A stretch of 32,000 nt of DNA from Alkalilimnicola ehrlichii MLHE-1 (GTDB taxonomy: Bacteria > Pseudomonadota > Gammaproteobacteria > Nitrococcales > Halorhodospiraceae): the NCBI RefSeq assembly GCF_000014785.1, contig NC_008340.1, positions 1,560,001-1,592,000 on the forward strand, given 5' to 3'. A program made the position numbers and the translations under genes. The notes below the pieces were generated by a model. The model was given only the letters and a program-made list of their open reading frames with translations. It was not told the origin of the DNA and did not search any database. This document shows, in pieces, positions 26,835 through 32,000 of this stretch (position 1 is the stretch's first letter; each line of letters opens with the position of its first letter).

Positions 26835-27323
26835 TCAGTGAGCAATTTGCCGGCGGACCAGCCATACAATCAGCGGCGGGAGCAGGATCCATTGCATCAC
26901 CGGCAGGACTCCGGTCCCCAGTATCGGCAACACAGGCATGTGGTCAGCATAAGCCCACCGCTGTGCGATCTCCGTGGCGTGCCATTCCAATACAAAGGTA
27001 ACGAGCAGCCCCGCAGCGATGAACACAGTGAGTTGTCGTGCTGCCGGGCGGCAAACCCACCAGCGGTTGCGCCATACTGCTGCGACCAGCCAGAAGCTGG
27101 ACAACGCGATCAGCGCGTCGCCGCCAGTCGCTCGCGTGCAGAAGAGGATCGCATCCCAGTGATTCGCCTCCGCCATCGATTGGAAAAATGGAACCTGCAG
27201 AAACTCCCATGGGTAGTTCAGCAGAAAGGCGAACAGCAGCACATTCAACTCCGGCTGCCGCGTGATGCGGTCCGCCAGGCCAGTGGCGTTCAGCCGGTGG
27301 TCCTTAGTGTTGCCTCCCACCAT
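26835..27323 (-). CDS. Hypothetical 4-TM membrane protein, family not recognised
   Basis: Four hydrophobic segments, coding-like codon usage, and 14 nt from the SHOCT gene. The start is uncertain. The ATG at 27323 overlaps the upstream gene by 20 nt with a tight SD. An internal GTG (LNVLLFAF) has GGAG 6 nt upstream. Confidence 0.55.
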   Translation of the reverse strand: MVGGNTKDHRLNATGLADRITRQPELNVLLFAFLLNYPWEFLQVPFFQSMAEANHWDAILFCTRATGGDALIALSSFWLVAAVWRNRWWVCRPAARQLTVFIAAGLLVTFVLEWHATEIAQRWAYADHMPVLPILGTGVLPVMQWILLPPLIVWLVRRQIAH

Positions 27324-27906
27324 GGCCTCCGTGGCGGTACATGTCGCCCCGCCGTTCGCCCATGCCTTCACGCATCCGCTCTCGCTGCTCGTCGGTGAGT
27401 ATGTCCTGCATGTCGTTCCGCAGGCGGATGCGGTCGACCATCATGTCGCCGTGGAGGTCCGCCATGCGGTCGTGCAGTTCACGGACGGCATCGGGGTCAG
27501 GGCGCTCTGCACCCAGGAGGGCCTGCATCTCTTCGCGCAGGTCCATCATCTCGGCCATGCGGCGGAACTGCTTGTGACGGTGCTCGCTGCGGCGCTCGCG
27601 CAGTTGAGCTTGCTGGTCTTCATCCAGATCCAACCCGCGCATCATGCCCACACCGCCGTGCATGCCCATACCACCCTGGCCACCGCCATGCATACCGCGA
27701 CTCATCGTGCCCTGCATGCCGCCGGACGCGCCGCCCATCATCGGGCAGTCCTGCATCATGCCCATGCCACCGCCCTGTATGCCTTGAGCGCCGTGGCCGC
27801 CGCCCATCATGCCTTGCATGCCCTGAGCGCCGGCGATGCCGACAACGCCTGCCCCAACGAGCAGGACCAGACCGAGTGCTGCCTTGTAACCGCGATTCAT
27901 CGTCAT
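27304..27906 (-). CDS. Periplasmic CpxP/Spy/ZraP-family protein with Met/Gly/His-rich N-terminal region and His-rich C-terminus
   Basis: Signal peptide. About 65 aa of GMQGMMGGGHG / GMGMHGG-type sequence. Two LTXXQ-type motifs (LDEDQQAQL and LTDEQRERM) in a helical domain. The tail is HGGHGGRQH. SD AGGAGAG lies 7 nt before the ATG. Confidence 0.8.
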   Translation of the reverse strand: MTMNRGYKAALGLVLLVGAGVVGIAGAQGMQGMMGGGHGAQGIQGGGMGMMQDCPMMGGASGGMQGTMSRGMHGGGQGGMGMHGGVGMMRGLDLDEDQQAQLRERRSEHRHKQFRRMAEMMDLREEMQALLGAERPDPDAVRELHDRMADLHGDMMVDRIRLRNDMQDILTDEQRERMREGMGERRGDMYRHGGHGGRQH

Positions 27907-28047
27907 TTTGAGCTCTCCTGAAGCGTGCGCTTCAACGGGTGGTGTGGACGCCGAAGGGCGTCGTTACGTCCTGGTTGAGTGGCAATACTGTCGGCGGCCG
28001 GGGAGTGCTGACAGCAACAGGTACGCACTGGCCGGAATGCGGGAAAA

Positions 28048-28467
28048 TCAGACGCGTAGGCGCTGGGTCAATAGATAGACCGGGACAGCGGGTAGTGCGG
28101 AGGTGGCAGGCGACCCGTGGCGTTTTGCACCAGGGTCTGGCAAGCGGGCATGTGCCGGGCCCAGCCGCGGGATGGCAACGCCATTATCGGCGGGTTCCAC
28201 CGACGCCGCTTCACGTGGGTCACCTAGCAGGGCCGGTCCCTTCGCAAGCGGCCCTTCATGATGGCAGAGCGGTATCTCGAAAGGACCGTGGGCACGCACG
28301 CTCGGGTCGTGTTCGGCCGTTTCGGGGGCAACGAAGGGGGCTGGCTCAGGGCATGCCAAAGCCAGGCCCATCGGCAGCAAGGCCAGCAGGATCAGCAACA
28401 CCAGCCGCCCGAAGGGCCTGGCTGGCGCTCCTCCCGCGACCGTTTCAGTGGGTTGCTGCACTTGCAT
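28048..28467 (-). CDS. Hypothetical secreted protein or lipoprotein (possible first gene of the copA-side operon)
   Basis: 139-aa ORF with GC3-rich codons. It has a hydrophobic leader ending LALAC, compatible with the PROSITE lipobox, and a PLCHHEGP motif. There is no clear SD and I recognise no family. The overlapping plus-strand ORF is Arg-rich antisense-type. Confidence 0.4.
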   Translation of the reverse strand: MQVQQPTETVAGGAPARPFGRLVLLILLALLPMGLALACPEPAPFVAPETAEHDPSVRAHGPFEIPLCHHEGPLAKGPALLGDPREAASVEPADNGVAIPRLGPAHARLPDPGAKRHGSPATSALPAVPVYLLTQRLRV

Positions 28468-28591
28468 GATGGATATCCGTCGGCCCTACACCTACCATAG
28501 CAGCGAAACGGGGCAAGCACTTGGTGGCCCGCCGGGTGGGCACCATGGTCACCCCCTCCCTGCGCCTTTCCTGGGGGTGCTGCTTGTTGTT

Positions 28592-28605
28592 TTGATCTCA
28601 ATCAA
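28592..28605. promoter_or_regulatory. Perfect FNR/CRP-family palindrome TTGAT-N4-ATCAA upstream of the cus operon
   Basis: TTGATCTCAATCAA matches the FNR consensus at 10 of 10 positions. It is centred 42.5 nt upstream of the CzcI-like ATG (28641). An extended -10-like TGTAAGACT lies at 28625-28633. The box sits in a locally AT-rich patch. Confidence 0.5.
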
Positions 28606-28640
28606 GTTTTCGCCGGCTGTGCCGTGTAAGACTCCCGATC

Positions 28641-28994
28641 ATGGCTCGATCCACCTTTGCCCACATTCTTGTTCCGCTGCTCGCCGTGGCGTTTCTGCTG
28701 CTACCCCTGCACCATGCCTGGGGCGCAGCACACCATGACCATGGCGGGGCCGATACCGCGTATGCCGATGCCGTGCCTATGGCATCCAGTGCGGCGGACG
28801 ACGGCTGTGGGCAGGCAGCACCGAACGGCCAGGCGGGTGACTGTGTCTTCTGTGCCACCTGTGTATCGGTACTGGCCGCCGACTCGGCCGAGCCCATCCC
28901 ACCCCTGCCGCTGTTGACCGCGCTGTCCATCGGGCAGTCGCCATCCCGGGCTCCTGCCCCAGAGCCCCGACCTCCCAGACTGCCTCTCGCCTGA
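28641..28994 (+). CDS. Small secreted His/Cys protein, CzcI-like (DUF2946-type) leader gene of the efflux operon
   Basis: Signal peptide ending HHAWG, His cluster AAHHDHGG, central CVFCATC, and a C-terminal PEPRPPR tail resembling the PERP tail of CzcI-like proteins. It sits upstream of the cusCBA-type genes on the same strand. No SD is present. Confidence 0.6.
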   Translation: MARSTFAHILVPLLAVAFLLLPLHHAWGAAHHDHGGADTAYADAVPMASSAADDGCGQAAPNGQAGDCVFCATCVSVLAADSAEPIPPLPLLTALSIGQSPSRAPAPEPRPPRLPLA

Positions 28995-29020
28995 ACGTAG
29001 GGCGGCGCCACGCCGTTTGA

Positions 29021-29044
29021 GCGCGGTGCATCAGTGCACCGTGC
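29021..29044 (+). other. Strong hairpin/palindrome in the CzcI-like to cusC spacer
   Basis: GCGCGGTGCA-TCAG-TGCACCGTGC forms a 10-bp stem (one G-U pair) with a 4-nt loop. The core GGTGCA-N4-TGCACC is perfect. No U-tract follows. Confidence 0.4.
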
Positions 29045-29155
29045 CCAGCCCATGCGCCGCCTTGTCCTGCCGAACCCCGTGGCGGTGGCAGGACGCCTAC
29101 GAACCCACCCGATAAAGGCGGGCCCGGGAAGGGCCCTGAGGCGAGGGATACCCGT

Positions 29156-30409
29156 ATGCATTTCTTGAGTCCGGGCAGGCCAAAAGGCCTGCTGTTTGGT
29201 GTGCTGCTGGCCGCCGTGCCCGTCCTGGCACCGGCCCAGCCCGCCCTGACCCTGGAAGCGGCCGAGAACATGGCCCTTCAGGAGGAACCGACCATCGCCC
29301 GTTACCGGGAGCGGGCCGCTGCCCGGGAGGAGGCCGCTGTGGCGGCGGGCGCCCTGCCGGACCCCCTGCTGATCACCGAGCTGATGGACGTGCCCGCGGA
29401 CCGGCCGCGGCTGGACGGGGACGAGATGACCCAGTTCAAGGTGGGGCTGCGGCAGGCCTTCCCGCGGGGCCAGACCCGCACTCTCCGCCAGGAGCGAGGG
29501 GGTCTGCGGGCGAGCCAGGCCCATGCCCGGGGCGACGACGCCGAACGGGCGGCGCTCAACGCGGTGCGTCAAGCCTACTTGCGGCTCTACAACCAGCGCC
29601 GGGCCGTGGCATTGCTGGAGGGCAACCGCAGTCACTTCGAAGAATTGCTGGAAATCACGGAGCGGGCGCTGGCCGCGGGTCGTGTCTCCCGCCAGGATGT
29701 GATCCGCGCCGAGCTGGAGCTGGAGCGGCTGGAGGACCGCCTGAGCGCCGCCCGGGCGGCAGAGGCCGACGCCGAGTCGGCCTTAGCCCGCTGGATTGGT
29801 CCCCAGGCCGCGCGGCGGCCGTTGCCGGATGCGCTGCCGGAGCTAGCGCTACCGGATGACAACGGCATTGACCATCACCCCCTGTTGCAGGCCCAGGACT
29901 TGGCCGTGGCCGACCAGCGCCGGGGAGTGGATCTGGCCCGGCAGGGCTACCGGCCCGAGTGGTCGGTGGAGCTGACCTACGGGATGGCCACCGGCAATGA
30001 CATGGATGCCCCGGATCGCCTGTCCGCCATGGTGGTGCTGGACCTGCCGCTGTTCACCCGCAATCGCCAGGACCGGGATGTGGCCGCCAGCCGGCGCGAG
30101 GTGTATGCCGCCAAGCACGACCGCGAGGTGCAGCACCGCACCCTTACTCAAGCCCTGGCCAGCCAGGCGGCCCGCTGGCAGCGCCTGCGGGAGCGAGAGC
30201 GGCGCTTCGAGGAGCGGCTGCTGATCCACGCCGCCGACAATGTGGAGGCAGCGGAACAGGCCTACCGGGCGGGCACCCTGGCGTTCACCGCACTGATGCA
30301 GGCCCGCATCACCTATCTGGAAACCCACCTGGATGCCGTTCAAGTGGCCACCGACCGCCGGATGGCCCAGGCGGAACTCCTCTATCTCTCAGGAGCGACC
30401 CGGCGATGA
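29156..30409 (+). CDS. cusC: Outer-membrane efflux protein (TolC/OEP family), CusC/CzcC-like
   Basis: 417 aa. Signal peptide without a lipobox Cys. Two OEP repeats with coiled-coil Ala/Arg/Glu-rich helices. Its stop overlaps the cusB start (ATGA). Confidence 0.85.
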   Translation: MHFLSPGRPKGLLFGVLLAAVPVLAPAQPALTLEAAENMALQEEPTIARYRERAAAREEAAVAAGALPDPLLITELMDVPADRPRLDGDEMTQFKVGLRQAFPRGQTRTLRQERGGLRASQAHARGDDAERAALNAVRQAYLRLYNQRRAVALLEGNRSHFEELLEITERALAAGRVSRQDVIRAELELERLEDRLSAARAAEADAESALARWIGPQAARRPLPDALPELALPDDNGIDHHPLLQAQDLAVADQRRGVDLARQGYRPEWSVELTYGMATGNDMDAPDRLSAMVVLDLPLFTRNRQDRDVAASRREVYAAKHDREVQHRTLTQALASQAARWQRLRERERRFEERLLIHAADNVEAAEQAYRAGTLAFTALMQARITYLETHLDAVQVATDRRMAQAELLYLSGATRR

Positions 30410-31914
30410 AGTTTGTGAGCCTATTCATTGCGTTATTGATCGGTTTCGGCCTTGGCGCGGGCGCATTGTGGTTCCACCAGGGGGGCACCGCGGGGCAGGG
30501 AGGCGGCAGCAGCGAACGGGAGGTCCTTTACTACCAGCATCCGCACAACCCCACGATCCGCTCGGACGAGCCGCGCAAGGATGAGATGGGCATGGACTAC
30601 ATCCCCATCTACGCCGGTGACGAGGGCCGGGACGATGACCCGGACGTGCTGAGAATCAGCCCGGTGGTCGTCCAGAACATGGGGGTGCGCACGGCCGAAG
30701 TGGAGCGCGGTGCGCTCCACCGGCAAATCAGCACCGTGGGCTTCGTCGAGGTAGACGAGGCGGCACAATCCCATGTCCACCTGCGCACCGAAGGCTGGAT
30801 TGAGGACCTGCGCGTACGCACCACCGGCGAGCGGGTGACCGCCGGTGAGGTGCTTTTCCGGCTCTATTCGCCGGCGCTGGTCAGCGCCCAGGATGAGTTG
30901 CTGCAGACCCTGCGTCGCAACGGTAACGCCGGTCCGGCCCGGGAGCGGCTGCGGGCGCTGGGTATGCCCGCCGATGCGATCCGTCAGGTCGAACAGCAGG
31001 GCCGGGCCCTGAACCTGGTGCCCGTGAAGGCGCCCCAGGACGGCGTCGTCCAGGCACTCAATGTGGCCGAGGGGATGTTCGTGCAGCCGGGCACCGAGGT
31101 GATGAGCATCGCCGATCTGTCGCGCATCTGGGTCATCGCCGATCTGTTCGAGCACCAATCGGACGCGGTGCGCGAGGGCCTGGATGCCGAGGTCCACTTC
31201 CCTTTCCGGCCCGGCGAGACGTTGGTCGGCAGCGTGGGCTACATCTACCCGACCCTGGCCTCACCGACCCGTACCATCCGGGCCCGGATCACCCTGGATA
31301 ACCCGGACGGGCGACTCAAGCCTGGCATGTGGACCGATGTGCATATCGACGGCGAATCCACCGAACCGGTGTTGCATGTGCCCGCGGAGGCCGTGATCCG
31401 CACAGGCCGTCAGGACCGCGTGGTGACGATGGAGGAGGAAGGCCGCTTCCGCGTGCACGAGGTGCGGGTAGGGCGGCGCGCCGGCGACCGGTTGGAGATC
31501 CTCGAGGGGCTGCAGGTCGGGGCGCGCATCGTCACCTCCGGCCAGTTCCTGATCGACTCCGAGTCCTCGGTGACGGTCAGCCTGGCGCGCCTGCAGGCCG
31601 CGGCGGAAGCCGATGATGGCAGCGTCGCCGCCGAGGGCCGCATCAACCACGTGGATCCGGAGGCCCGCCAGGTCAATCTGGACCATGAGCCGATCGCGGA
31701 ACTGGGTTGGCCGGCGATGACCATGGATTTCGAGGTGGCCGAGGACGTGGCGCTGACGGATCTTGAGCCCGGTGATCCGGTGATCATCCACATCCGCGAG
31801 CGTGAGGACGAAGAGTATGTCTACGAGCTGACCCACATCGAGCGGCTGGCCGATCCGACCGGCGAGACCGATGACGCCCCCGATCACGACGCCCACACGG
31901 GCCATGACCACTGA
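30406..31914 (+). CDS. cusB: Cu(I)/Ag(I) efflux RND periplasmic adaptor (CusB) with fused C-terminal CusF-like metallochaperone domain and His-rich tail
   Basis: N-terminal YYQHPHNPTIRSDEPRKDEMGMDYIPIY parallels E. coli CusB YWYDPMYPNTRFDKPGKSPFMDMDLVPKY. HlyD-type barrel-sandwich and beta-barrel regions are present. The C-terminal LDHEPIAELGWPAMTMDF parallels CusF IHHDPIAAVNWPEMTMRF. Confidence 0.9.
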   Translation: MKFVSLFIALLIGFGLGAGALWFHQGGTAGQGGGSSEREVLYYQHPHNPTIRSDEPRKDEMGMDYIPIYAGDEGRDDDPDVLRISPVVVQNMGVRTAEVERGALHRQISTVGFVEVDEAAQSHVHLRTEGWIEDLRVRTTGERVTAGEVLFRLYSPALVSAQDELLQTLRRNGNAGPARERLRALGMPADAIRQVEQQGRALNLVPVKAPQDGVVQALNVAEGMFVQPGTEVMSIADLSRIWVIADLFEHQSDAVREGLDAEVHFPFRPGETLVGSVGYIYPTLASPTRTIRARITLDNPDGRLKPGMWTDVHIDGESTEPVLHVPAEAVIRTGRQDRVVTMEEEGRFRVHEVRVGRRAGDRLEILEGLQVGARIVTSGQFLIDSESSVTVSLARLQAAAEADDGSVAAEGRINHVDPEARQVNLDHEPIAELGWPAMTMDFEVAEDVALTDLEPGDPVIIHIREREDEEYVYELTHIERLADPTGETDDAPDHDAHTGHDH

Positions 31915-31925
31915 GGAGGGCCGGC

Positions 31926-32000
31926 ATGATTGAACGGATCATTCAGTGGTCGCTGGACAACCGCCTGCTGGTGCTGCTGCTCACCGGCGTCTTCGTGGCC
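31926..32000 (+). CDS. cusA: Heavy-metal efflux RND pump CusA, N-terminal 25 codons (continues beyond the window)
   Basis: MIERIIQWSLDNRLLVLLLTGVFVA resembles the CusA/CzcA N-terminus (MIEWIIRRSVANRFLVL...). GAGGAGGG lies upstream, and it follows cusB by 11 nt. Confidence 0.8.
   Translation, partial: MIERIIQWSLDNRLLVLLLTGVFVA

Noticed and set aside
27939-28469. 176-aa plus-strand ORF in the inter-operon region
   Set aside because: The product is Arg/Gly-rich with no start context. The opposite strand has better codon usage and a signal-peptide-like N-terminus.
28550-28590. CACCCCC-N16-GGGGGTG followed by a T-rich tract, which looks like a plus-strand intrinsic terminator
   Set aside because: No plus-strand gene lies upstream for it to terminate, and the 16-nt loop is too large for an efficient terminator. 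It is more likely promoter-proximal (UP-like) sequence for the cus operon. It is kept only as part of the control-region finding.
28598-29635. 345-aa minus-strand ORF spanning the CzcI-like gene, the spacer and the 5' part of cusC
   Set aside because: It lies antisense to a recognisable OEP-family gene. The product is Gly/Arg/Pro-rich with no hydrophobic core or motif.

Overview
High-GC (about 65%) gammaproteobacterial chromosome segment. The uvrC-pgsA-tRNA(Gly-Cys-Leu) order matches E. coli uvrC-pgsA-glyW-cysT-leuZ. The composition suggests a Chromatiales/Ectothiorhodospiraceae-type organism, but I cannot verify that without a search.

Positions 1-24000 are mostly housekeeping genes:
- uvrC 3' end, pgsA and a three-tRNA operon with a near-consensus sigma70 promoter
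- several membrane proteins (TVP38/DedA-like, an unknown 6-TM protein, MarC), an SDR oxidoreductase and an M50/CBS site-2 protease
- a PAS-GGDEF cyclase tightly linked to an ABC exporter, and a BetT-type BCCT transporter
- hemN with an FNR/ANR-type class II promoter, then fabA-fabB
- slt
- a ycgN-dxs-UPF0126-pagL-like gene string

Two regions stand out.
1. Positions 14.6-18.3 kb hold a zraP/zraSR-like divergent module. A periplasmic-sensing histidine kinase and a sigma54-dependent (NtrC-family) response regulator sit opposite a near-consensus -24/-12 promoter. That promoter drives a secreted DUF4168 protein with a periodic Met/Gln repeat, not a CpxP-fold ZraP.
2. Positions 24.2-32.0 kb hold a copper/silver resistance island. 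On the minus strand is an operon of a ZraP/CpxP-like Met/Gly/His-rich periplasmic protein, a 4-TM protein of unknown function, a SHOCT membrane protein and a CopA P1B-ATPase. A possible lipoprotein ORF lies upstream of it. On the plus strand, a divergent CzcI-like-cusC-cusB(CusF fusion)-cusA operon follows a perfect FNR-type palindrome. That box is placed for a leaderless, class II transcript.

I saw no CRISPR array, transposase, integrase or recognisable defence gene. Many long ORFs in the track are antisense artefacts of the high GC content. All family assignments come from motif recognition by eye. No database search was run.
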